Assembly: GCA_020137815.1 (NCBI GenBank)
Contig: CM035359.1
Span: 5,270,001-5,334,000 of the forward strand
Length of the DNA: 64,000 bases
From: Hormiphora californensis
Taxonomy: Eukaryota > Animalia > Ctenophora
Direction of reading: 5' to 3'
Shown: positions 40,279-51,232 of the stretch, piece by piece
Layout: every line of letters starts with the position of its first letter
Position numbering within the stretch: the first letter of the stretch is position 1
Translations under genes and position numbers: made by a program
The notes under the pieces: model-generated
Database searches by the model: none
What the model was told of the DNA's origin: nothing
What the model saw: only the letters and a program-made list of their open reading frames with translations

Positions 40279-40800
40279 CTAGTAAACCCGTTCGCCCTAC
40301 GGGCGAATTTCGGGGAACTGGTATTGATAGCTGGATTAGGGAACACTGGCATCATCAGTCTAACTAATGACATGTAATATCCCATCTTAAGTTACGGTAC
40401 CGTAGAAGGAGCTCAGGCGGGATCGCTGCGAGTTTCTGGTTTCAGAACGTCAGATGACTGATCTGCCTTAATCTCTGAGATTGATCATCGGTTCTGTTTA
40501 ACCTCTATAACGTCTTGTTCGTTCTCTCTGCACTTCTTTTGGTGTTGCTGCATTTAAACCCATCGGTGTATGGAAAAGTAGAGAATGGCGGTGAGATCTT
40601 GCGTGAATAACTCCAATTGTCGCTGTCGTATATCAACAGTTGTTGAAGAGAGCATATTAGCTGGAACAGTGACACAAACTAAAGATCAAATGCACGTGCA
40701 CGTGCAGTATAGTAGCAACAGCCATTGGCAACGGCTCCGACCCCTGGCCCCACTCCAATAGTACTCCACAGTCCACCTCTAAACCTGCACGTGCTAAATG
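40279..40800 (-). mobile_element. Non-autonomous Helitron (3' end at 40279; 5' limit uncertain)
   Basis: Reverse complement of the terminus at 61620-61681 (TTCGCCC-GTA-GGGCGAA hairpin, then CTAG|T); shares the GCACGTGC motif. Confidence 0.65.
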
Positions 40801-41423
40801 CCATATAAGGTAAAAAACGTCACACAGGATAATATGATTATTAACAAAAAGAGAAAATCTTTAGAAATCGGCCCGGTGTAAGGCTGGGAATTGTTGTTAG
40901 AACCTAGAAATCATTAGGGATAAGCTAATTTTTATACAATCCGATAGTCAATAGGCCCCTTAACCACCAAAAAAAGTCCCAAACCCAAATGCTTGGGTAT
41001 TTGTAGTCATCAATTTTATCGCAAATCGTCTTAGGAAAGGAGTAGAGAAAAAGCCAATGGCACTAGAGTGTCCAGCGTCCTCGAATTAGTGAGGGTAGGT
41101 GCTGGAATTAAGTCTATCTCATCTGGTTAATTAGATAATTGAATAATTAGATCCGCATATAATAGCCGTTTTTGGACATATGGCTATAGCCACTTGGAAA
41201 TGGTTTAGAGACTTTTCACTGATGCCATTTTGTAGGCAATGGCTAAGTTATGGGGGTAGTGGTCGGACTTTTAAGCTATATCTCCAACCGTTTAGCCGTT
41301 ATTTGGATTCAAAGGTGCTGAAAATGAGCAAAAAATGGTAAAAAGTCCGATTTTGAGAGATAGAGCTTAAAAATCCGAACACGACTTCTATAATTTCGCT
41401 ATTACCTACAAAGTGGCACCAGT

Positions 41424-41460
41424 TTGTTTTGTGCGCACGAATAACAGTCTAACTTGGCAA
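41424..41460 (-). mobile_element. 37-bp micro-element with 8-bp TSD
   Basis: GCACCAGT|TTGTTTTGTGCGCACGAATAACAGTCTAACTTGGCAA|GCACCAGT; empty site in the opposite arm (~41218). Confidence 0.85.
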
Positions 41461-41797
41461 GCACCAGTGAAAAGTCTCTAAACCATTTCCAAGTGGCTAC
41501 AGCCATATGGTCAAAAACGGCTATATGCGGATCTAATTATCCAATTATATAATTAACCAGATAAGATAGACCTACCCCCACTAATGCGTGGACGCTGGAC
41601 ACTTTAGTGCCCCAGCTTTTTTCCTCTACTCCTTTCCTAAGATGATTTGCGATATAATTGATGACTACAAATACACTGTAATCAATTAGGGCCAATTAGG
41701 GGCACTTCCCCCAACATTTGGGCTTGGGACTTTTTTGGTTGTTCAGGGGCCTATTGACTATCGGATTGTGCAAAAATTAGCTTGCCCCTAATGATTT

Positions 41798-42067
41798 TGG
41801 TGACATGGCAGTGTAGTGGTCAGTACACTCGCCTTCCACACGCTAGGTCATAGGTTCGGGCCTGGACTAGCGCAATGCTACCTAGACCGCCAAGCTATGA
41901 TTGGTAGAGGCTGTTTCGAGAGTCTTGCATATCTAATCAATTTGGTTGCCTGCTTGGGGTGGCGTCCGTGCTATGCTACAGAGAAATCTGTACCAAAATG
42001 GACCGTTGCTGAACGCCATGAGAAATAGGAGATCAGCACCACGGCATCGTTCCGAACTACTTTTTTT
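41798..42067 (+). mobile_element. tRNA-derived SINE (tRNA-Gly-like head)
   Basis: A-box-like GGCAGTGTAGTGG, GCCTTCCA anticodon-loop remnant, B-box-like GGTTCGGGCC; 10-bp TSD CTAATGATTT; absent from the opposite arm. Confidence 0.8.
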
Positions 42068-43145
42068 CTAATGATTTCTAGGTTCAGACTCTTCTTGACA
42101 ACATTTCCCAGCCTTAGTGATGCCACTAAATCGGGGTCCGACTGTATAATATATATATTCTAGAATATATATTATATTCTATTCTATAAAACATACTATA
42201 TTCTATTATATAGTTTATTTTATAACTGAGTTAATACGTTGTGTGTAGCTCTTTAGAGCTCTAAAGAGCTATACGCATAACGGACTAGCTCCATTATGGC
42301 TTTGGAGGGATGGCTAAGCAAAACAACATGTTCTATTGGGCAACTGAGCTGAATCCCAGTCTAATACGTAGCATTAAATTTTCCACCGACATAAACCACT
42401 CACTTCACGCTTTTGCTGGTGCATTTACTTTCTTTCGCACATGAGCCCTCTACTCTTTCACTGCTCAAGAGAGGCCCTTCTGTCCTTTTGGGAAACTCCC
42501 ATCATTTCAGGAAACTACCCTTTTAGTAGGGGCGAATCTCACAATAAGAAGTGATTGACTCACATTTCGGTGAAAAGCAAATTTCGGCCGTAACCGACCA
42601 ATCTCGACCCGCCGAACACGACCCCGCCCGCAGGCAAGCTCCAAGCAGGGGAGAAAATGCCCAAAAGAACACTCACTGCTAACCCCCAAGTCAAAAAAGT
42701 TTTCATGTATTTTAGCCATTCTAAAGTCCGACTTGAGAGTAAAAATATTGGCACCTACATTCTTTACAAAATATATCAATAAAATTTTCAATTTTGGTAC
42801 ATCCCCCCCCCCCCCCCCCGGTGTCGTGGGCCCTGTTTAAACTATGTGGGTGAGGGGTGAGCAACTTCAGGGCGGTGGGTTCAGAAACAAAGAGGGTAGT
42901 ATAAAATTAGTGAATCCACGCCATCTTGAGAAAAAGTCACTATCACTTTTACGATGGGACTATAGTGAGAATTATTACCTGATATCTAATACAAATAATA
43001 AATATACACAGGGTAAAAGGTGGTAATATTCCCTGCTAACCAATGTAGCCCATATTGGTTAACATGGAATCTGAATACCAGGACAAATTGACAACGAACA
43101 TCTTACAAACATTAGCACTTACTTGTTTAGTTTACTTTTCGCTTT

Positions 43146-43640
43146 TTACTTACTTGGTTTAAACCCGTAAGCTTCCACTTCATATACATGAATACAAGCC
43201 TCTTTTCCGCCTTTCTTCTGCAGCCGGAACACCACCTCATTTCCAATGAGAGGAGATTCACAAATGACATCAGAACTGGTCTGATCAGATTTAGTTGGGA
43301 TGGTAACAACACCACAATATCGTTCTACTCCTTTAAGAGCCCGTACGTAGACTTTGGTACCATCGAACCTCCACTTATTTATAGCTTTCACCAAGTGGGT
43401 TGGCCAAACGGTCAGTTTAGTCACCGCTGCAAGATTGCTGAGAGTTAATATCATCCATATTTCATCTCCTTCTACGTTGCATACCGAGTGGGCCATAGTT
43501 TTCAGATCTCCATCAATGGCGAACCGGGCGAACGTACCACCATGATACACTGATGACAGCTCTCCGGACTTGAATTCCAATTTTTGTTGGACTCTTGCAC
43601 TACATGGAAGAAAAAGATACAAAAACAAAACGAAAAACAT
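43146..43640 (-). CDS. Secreted F-type lectin / F5/8 type C (galactose-binding-like) domain protein, 164 aa
   Basis: Signal peptide; LSSVYHGG..ARFAIDGD..TMAHS, W..L.L...V..L.V, CG..C..G..V and E-V-E-A-Y-G ending typical of this fold. Confidence 0.75.
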   Translation of the reverse strand: MFFVLFLYLFLPCSARVQQKLEFKSGELSSVYHGGTFARFAIDGDLKTMAHSVCNVEGDEIWMILTLSNLAAVTKLTVWPTHLVKAINKWRFDGTKVYVRALKGVERYCGVVTIPTKSDQTSSDVICESPLIGNEVVFRLQKKGGKEACIHVYEVEAYGFKPSK

Positions 43641-44219
43641 CTTTCGTAGTCGCTAAACAAGTATATTGCGAAGCACAAGATGGAGAGTTATTCTGGACAA
43701 TGGGCTAAATGGGCACATGCCATTTAAGCTCAGAGCTGTCCTCTAGCTGATAAAAATAGAGATTGTGGGAGAGAGAATGGGAGAATTGTGTAGCAAGAAC
43801 AATCTGAATTGTCGTTAGCTCTCTTACGGTAAAAGTGGGGTACGCAAGGGCTAGCTGGTATATATTGTGTGTGTTAGACTTTATCGGGTATATTTATATA
43901 TTTGGAGACAACAAATCAATCTGAAAAAGATTCGTAAAGCAGCTCAGATGTCACGTAATGACTCTCACGACTATTATAGTTCCATCGTAAAAGCGAGAGT
44001 GACCTATTCTCGATCAGGTGGCGTGGATTCACTAATCTTATTCTCAAGATGGCGTGGATTCACTAATTTTATTCTCAAGATGGCACGGATTCATTCCTTT
44101 TTTGTGGAAACGGCGTCTTATCTTTCATGTAGAGTGTAGACAATGTATCATTGTTATAGACAATGGTCAATGTATATCTATATATAGTGCTAATTAATTA
44201 TGTAATTATTATCCCCCAG

Positions 44220-45422
44220 GAGGTAAATAAAGGGAATGCTAGTATTGTCGAGGAAACGTTAATTGAAAGTCCTACCTTCTCTGTTGAAGAAGATTCACTG
44301 GAAGTGCAACAGCAGGACAGTACAAATGAGGCACCAAATGAGGGGCAGCAAGACACTACAAATGAAGCACAGCAGCAAGACAGTACAACTGAGGCACAGC
44401 AGCAAGACAGTACAAATGAGGCACCGATTGAAGATGCTGCTGATAAACAAGACGCTGCTGACAATACTGAAGTTGCCGCTGCAGATGATAAACCAAGGAG
44501 GAAAAGCGGAAGGAACAGAAAGGACAGGTCTGAAGGACCCTTCCTTAAAGCCTTGAGGACCAGGAAGGTAAGACCCCATAGTTGCAACTATTTCGAGGGA
44601 ATAACTCAGTCGTCTTGTTAAATTCATTTGTATATCACTACGGTGTATCATATGAGCCTTTACGGCTCTTCTGTCTACTTAATCAACTGCATCTTTCACG
44701 AATGTCGAGAGAGAATAGAGATAAGCTATCAGGGGTATAGTATAGTGTTATATCAGCATCTTTCAAAAGTAAACCCTCACTCTCAGGTCATGTTTGTGTC
44801 ACCGAATGCACCAGTTTTCTAATTTAAACACAAGAGAAATCCGCCAGTTTCCTAACACTGTCCTATTTTTGATTGCACAGGGCTCTGGGAAAAAGACAGG
44901 AGGAAACAAGCAACGAGCGACCACCAGCAAACCAAAATCTTCCGATAAAATAACCGACGAGATCTGGGAACCTACTAGAAACGCTTCGAGAAATGTAATT
45001 CTATTTATAAAAAGACAAAATTAATTGGAACACGTGTGCACGTGGGACTGCAAAGTCGGATTTTTGAAGTTGTCACCCAAAACGCAAGTTTAACGCTTGT
45101 AGTGGGAAAACGGTAATGGAAAACGGAGATACGGTATGAAGACACGCAACCGTGGCCAATCAGTGCGCTAGTACGTGCTAACACATACACCTTTTCCCGC
45201 GTATTATGCAAAGTCTGCGTCTTATTACTGTAATTCCATTACGGTAATGCCACTACTCCCGTTCAGATATCGGAAGTACCTGTACGAAGAAGCTCGAGAT
45301 GCAGAAAGATCCAGTTGCCCAGTTTGGAGGCCATAGACCTTCTGGATGAGGACACGGCTCCGTCCGAGTCCGAGGAGGAGGATCAGAACATGGAGGAGGG
45401 AGCCGAGCCAACACCGGTACAG
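44220..45422 (+). pseudogene. Truncated duplicate (or allelic copy) of the acidic-protein gene
   Basis: Exons 44220-44567, 44881-44994 and ~45267-45422 are present; the copy breaks off just before the next acceptor. Confidence 0.55.
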
Positions 45423-45585
45423 GTGTGTTATATTGTCTCCCCTATTTTCTTACCAGTGGTAATAAGTTACCACGCTACATTACAGTGTCTCCCATATCTT
45501 CCCGGCCCCCGCCTTGGCTAAAGACACCCATTTAGTCTTTAGCCAAGGCGAGATATATAATGGGGAGATATATACCGGGGAGATA

Positions 45586-47421
45586 TGGTCAAGTTTCTGG
45601 TCGTTGCGAGGATTTTTCACAAATTTTCATTTAGACATTTTAACATGTTCCTATGATAACTGGTACTCATAATACCACTAGACCGGTGTACAATTGTTTA
45701 CTCTAAATTTCTGTGAAAACTAGAACTCAATTGCTTGCTCTAAGGCAAAGTTATAGCCGTTTTAACACGTGCGGAGCAAAATTGTGCGGAGCCCCCTCTG
45801 GAGGAGATGTTTTTCATCCATTCTCCATGAAATTTTTGTATATGTTTAATCAAATTATTTCTACCTATACTGTTTAAAAATGAAAAGTCGGGAACTCAAA
45901 TTGTGCGGAGCACATCGATTTTTGTGGCAAATCTTACTCATTGGGGTTACTTACATTAACTTAACATTTTATTTATAAACTATTTGATTCTAGAGACATT
46001 TTAGGAGCTCATGGAGTCATCAGCTGGATCAAAAAGTTTACTCAAATTAGTGTGGAGCCGATTTTTCCATATAGCCAAAATACAGTCGTTGGCCGATCTG
46101 TAGTAATACTTCCAAATAGAGTAATAACTCAAAAAGTATTAGGGGTAGCTTCTTTAAATAAGTGAATAAATTTGGCAAAACGATAGTGGAGCAAGATTCT
46201 TGTATATTTCGAAGATACTAACTCAAAATATGTGGAGCAAATACTGATTTTTTGACAAAAACTGCTCCACATCGTTTGAGTTGCGGTTAAACCGGTTCTT
46301 GATTTAAAAAATTAGTTGTGCAGATAATTGGGCACCAACAATTTGCCATTTCAACCAGAAAAAGTTACTCAATTTGTGTGGAGGAGCCCCTAAAGGAGCC
46401 GTATCTGTGTCCAGACAGTCACAAAATTCGCCCAAAACCTTATGGCATGCCCTGTTTCTGATTCTCAGAGAAGAAAATCATTGCTCCCCTGATTTTGAGT
46501 AAGGCTATACTAATGCTTGGTTAAATTATTACTAATATTTGGTTAAATACTCAATTGGTTGTAATATAACTCGATTTATCAAGGTCAAAGTAACTGATGG
46601 TATTCCATGGTTTTATGTTTAATTGCTCCACACAATTTGAGTCCCATGATTAGGCAATATTATTACTATAATATTATGGTCTGATGAACGTTATTTTGAT
46701 GCAAATAAAACTTATTCTGTTGATATTCAAGGAGATAATTTATACTGCGAAAATGGAGGGGGAAATCATGTTTTGCTCCACAAATTTTGAGTCATAAGAT
46801 TAAATTACTGATAAAATAAGTACTGGTATGATATTGTTGCCACTTAGCATACGTTTTTAGTTTGATTGCTTGTGAATTGAACCCGCAAAGTATCGAAGTA
46901 AAAAATAATAATTTGGACCCATGAATATAACACCTGCTCCACACAATATGAGCATATCAGGGTACATTTTTTTAGCATGGATACTTATTTTTAACATTTA
47001 GGAAAGGAGTTCTATTAATTTTAGAATCTAAAATTATGTTTATCTTTCCTCAAATGGGCAATAAAAAAAGCTTCCCCTTCAAGCAGCTCTGGCTCCGCAA
47101 ATTATGAGCAAATCGTTACTCATCGGTAATCACGGTTTATTTTCATAAATTATCTTAATATTTAAAAAGGTCCGACTGCTAAACTGATAAAACCTAAAAA
47201 TCCAGAGAGCATTTAGCATCGTTGGGCTTGGGCTCCACATTATTTGAGTTGAAGTTCTAAAACGCATGTAGTATGCTAATTTAAACATATTTACATAATT
47301 ATACTAAATTTTATGTTGATTCAAGTACTCTAAGATGTCCTAATAAAGGTTTTAAAAATTTTGGTGGAAAATCCAACACCAACTTTTTCCAAAATCCTCG
47401 CAACGACCAGAAACTTGACCA
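45586..47421. mobile_element. 1.8-kb non-coding TIR DNA transposon, TA flanks
   Basis: TA|TGGTCAAGTTTCTGGTCGTTGCGAGGATTTT...AAAATCCTCGCAACGACCAGAAACTTGACCA|TA (31-bp perfect TIR); empty site in copy 2 near 49610. Confidence 0.9.
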
Positions 47422-48289
47422 TATATATACCGGGGCGCTTGCGCAGAGGGGTAATTTCATTACTAATCCCCCCCCCCCCCGCGGTTCATCACTGTGGTGT
47501 ACCACGCTACTGCTAGTGTCTCCTACTAATTCCTATCTCCCTGCAACGGTTTTGCCCTAAACCCGGGGAAAACACCCCCAACACAGATGGCAATCAGATG
47601 GAACGGGCGACGTACCACCATGATACCTGATGACAGCTCTCGGACTTGATTCCAATTTTGTTGACTCTTGCACTACATGGAAGAAAGATACAAAACAAAA
47701 CGAAAAACATCTTTCGTAGTCGCTAAACAAGTATATTGCGAAGCACAAGATGGAGAGTTATTCTGGACAATGGGCTAAATGGGCACATGCCATTTAAGCT
47801 CAGAGCTGTCCTCTAGCTGATAAAAATAGAGATTGTGGGAGAGAGAATGGGAGAATTGTGTAGCAAGAACAATCTGAATTGTCGTTAGCTCTCTTACGGT
47901 AAAAGTGGGGTACGCAAGGGCTAGCTGGTATATATTGTGTGTGTTAGACTTTATCGGGTATATTTATATATTTGGAGACAACAAATCAATCTGAAAAAGA
48001 TTCGTAAAGCAGCTCAGATGTCACGTAATGACTCTCACGACTATTATAGTTCCATCGTAAAAGCGAGAGTGACCTATTCTCGATCAGGTGGCGTGGATTC
48101 ACTAATCTTATTCTCAAGATGGCGTGGATTCACTAATTTTATTCTCAAGATGGCACGGATTCATTCCTTTTTTGTGGAAACGGCGTCTTATCTTTCATGT
48201 AGAGTGTAGACAATGTATCATTGTTATAGACAATGGTCAATGTATATCTATATATAGTGCTAATTAATTATGTAATTATTATCCCCCAG

Positions 48290-50285
48290 GAGGTAAATAA
48301 AGGGAATGCTAGTATTGTCGAGGAAACGTTAATTGAAAGTCCTACCTTCTCTGTTGAAGAAGATTCACTGGAAGTGCAACAGCAGGACAGTACAAATGAG
48401 GCACCAAATGAGGGGCAGCAAGACACTACAAATGAAGCACAGCAGCAAGACAGTACAACTGAGGCACAGCAGCAAGACAGTACAAATGAGGCACCGATTG
48501 AAGATGCTGCTGATAAACAAGATGCTGCTGACAATACTGAAGTTGCCGCTGCAGATGATAAACCAAGGAGGAAAAGCGGAAGGAACAGAAAGGACAGGTC
48601 TGACGGACCCTTCCTTAAGGCCTTGAGGACCAGGAAGGTAAGACCCTCATAGTTGCAACTATTTCGAGGGAATAACTCAGTCGTCTTGATAAATTCATTT
48701 GTATATCACTACGGTGTATCATATGAGCCTTTGCGGCTCTTCCGTCTACTTAATCAACTGCATCTTTCACGAATGTCGAGAGAGATAAGATAAGCTATCA
48801 GGGGTATAGTGTTATATCAGCATCTTTCAAAATAAAAGTAAACCCTCTCTCTCAGGTCATGTTTGTTTTCTAATTTAAACACAAGAGAAATCCGCCAGTT
48901 TCCTAACACTGTCCTATTTTTGATTGCACAGGGCTCTGGGAAGAAGACAGGAGGAAACAAGCAACGAGCGACCACCAGCAAACCAAAATCTTCCGATAAA
49001 ATAACCGATGAGATCTGGGAACCTACTAGAAACGCTTCGAGAAATGTAATTATAAAAAGACAAAATTAATTGGAACACGTGTGCACGTGGGACTGCAAAG
49101 TCGGATTTTTGAAGTTGTCACCCAAAACGCAAGTTTAACAACCCGGTCGCTTGTAGTGGGAAAACGGTAATGGAAAACGGCGCGGAGATACGGTATGAAG
49201 ACACGCAACCGTGGCCAATCAGTGCGCTAGTACATGCTGACACATACACCTTTTCTTATTACTGTAATTCCATTACGGTAATGCCACTACTCCCGTTCAG
49301 ATATCGGAAGTACCTGTACGAAGAAGCTCGAGATGCAGAAAGATCCAGTTGCCCAGTTTGGAGGCCATAGACCTTCTGGATGAGGACACGGCTCCTTCCG
49401 AGTCCGAGGATGAGGATCAGGACATGGAGGAGGGAGCCGAGCCAACACCTGTACAGGTGTGTTGTCTTCCCTTATCTCCCCTTGGCTAAAGACACCCATG
49501 GCTTCCCCCGGCTTCCCCCTTACTCAACACCCATGGCCATTTACCGGGGTAAATGGGTGTCTTTAGCAAAGGGGAGATATATACCGGGGAGTTATATATA
49601 CCGGGGAGTTATATATACCGGGGCGCTTGCGCAGAGGGGTAATTTCATTACCCCCCCCCCCCCCCCCGGTTCATCACTGTGGTGTACCACGCTACTGCTA
49701 TACTAGTGTCTCCTACTAATTCCTTTCAGGTGAAGCTAGAGCCAGTTATAATTGCACCGGCGGCGTCCCACAAGAGGGCCCGTAAACCGGGAAGATCAGC
49801 CAGACAGAATGGGACCGGTATAACAGATCCCGCAGGAGATCAGGACCACCAGGATTCAACTATAAAAGGAGGTGAATTGCAGCATGTGAATTGGAATTGA
49901 TTTATTTATAGTGAAGTTATAGTAAGATGTGAGTTGGTCATGGTGTCAAACTCTTATCATTATTAAAACTCTTATTATTACTAAAACACAAGTTGTTAAA
50001 AACAACAGCTGTGGATAAATCTCTACACAAATACAGTGATATTATTATTATTATTAACATACAGGTGGTTCATTAGGCGGGTGGGTGGAAGACTTGGAGG
50101 TGTTATGTAGGAGTGGGCCGGCGGCGGAGCAAGAAAAGGAGAGGGAGGATCAACAACGAATTGATTTGTTGCGAGAATCACTTCGGTCTAAGCAGGTATA
50201 GTTATTAACTATTAGTTAAGCTTTCCCTCCCCTCCCCCTCTCATATATGTACTATAATGAACGTCTGTAGCTTGGCGCATTATGA
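48290..50285 (+). CDS. Spliced gene for an acidic/basic low-complexity protein of unknown function (first exon not identified)
   Basis: Exons 48290-48637, 48932-49045, 49301-49456, 49730-49871, 50065-50195 and 50271-50285 have GT-AG sites with compatible phases; QQQDSTNEA repeats, basic NLS-like patches, short helical C-terminus. Confidence 0.7.
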
Positions 50286-50777
50286 GGTTGGCTGTCGCCA
50301 GCGCATGCTGGTGATAGTCAACTGGAGATTAATCGCCCAGCAGGGCGATTAAACTGGTTTAAATCACGACGCCGATCCGGAGGCACCAGCCGAGGGTGAG
50401 GGGGAGGTGATTTAAACCTATAACCAAATCCCGAGAGTGACTTTTTAGACACCCGACCCCCCCCCCCCCTCTGGCCTTAAGTGAGCGTTGAGCAGTGTGA
50501 GCGAGTATCGGTGAGCGGAAAGTTTGTGTACTGATAGTGCGACTTGTTGAGAGAGTATCGGGACTTTATAATTGTGAACACCAACCAATATACGGACTGA
50601 CAAACTTACGACCTTGATGGATTTGTTGATACCGTGACGTCTTGGTGATGAAAGGTGTGTCATTTCCAGTTGAGATAAAGATAAAGAGAACGATCAAACA
50701 CAAATAAGGGGTAGGACAGATTGTAGCGCCACTGGAATGTAAGATGGATTTAAGTTGCATTTTAGTGAGGGTAAGAC

Positions 50778-51006
50778 TTGCCTAGCTAGACTGTGTTTCG
50801 CGCGCCCCACCCGCGAAACACAGTCCATGTTACTTGTATACCGACCTATTCCGTGTACTGCGTTGTGGGGACGTGCGAGTGATGAGTGCTGAAAAGAGTA
50901 AACTGCGCTCTCCTTCGCACTCTTATTACTGTTATAGCTGATCAGTGATCACGTACATGAGCTGATCACATCCTTACAAATGCAAAGGAGGGTTAAAACA
51001 TAACAA
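50778..51006 (+). mobile_element. 229-bp member of the TTGCC...ACAA family
   Basis: GGTAAGAC|TTGCCTAGCTAGACTG...GGAGGGTTAAAACATAACAA|GGTAAGAA; subterminal hairpin GACTGTGTTTCGCG...CGCGAAACACAGTC. Confidence 0.75.
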
Positions 51007-51070
51007 GGTAAGAACCCTTATTGGTGTCTGGGACAAGCAAAGGTGAAACGAACTGCAACGTAACAGCAAC

Positions 51071-51129
51071 TTGTTATGTTCTAACCCTCCTTTTACATAT
51101 AACTCGCACACAGAGGTCGAGCTAGGCAA
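51071..51129 (-). mobile_element. 59-bp member of the TTGCC...ACAA family
   Basis: ACAGCAAC|TTGTTATGTTCTAACCCTCC...GAGCTAGGCAA|ACAGCAAC, perfect 8-bp TSD. Confidence 0.82.
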
Positions 51130-51232
51130 ACAGCAACATTGTATCATCAGAATAATTAAATGGAAACTATAATATGACATGCAGCGAGAGCTTTTCGAGT
51201 ACATACAACATAAACAACTAAAAAAACAGACT

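Larger units (their letters stand above)
40881..42114. mobile_element. Foldback element, TA flanks, with two younger insertions in the right arm
   Basis: TA|AGGCTGGGAA...TTCCCAGCCT|TA; arms match except for 41424-41460, a short indel near 41680 and 41798-42067. Confidence 0.8.
43520..49725 (+). repeat. Tandem duplication of a ~2.1-kb unit (copy 1 ~43520-47535 including a 1.8-kb insertion; copy 2 ~47600-49725)
   Basis: Near-identical sequence at an offset of ~4070 bp (ORFs 43867/47937 and 44163/48233). Confidence 0.92.

Noticed and set aside
41800-41875. Functional tRNA-Gly gene
   Set aside because: Acceptor and T-stems pair poorly and the sequence continues into a SINE body bounded by a TSD.
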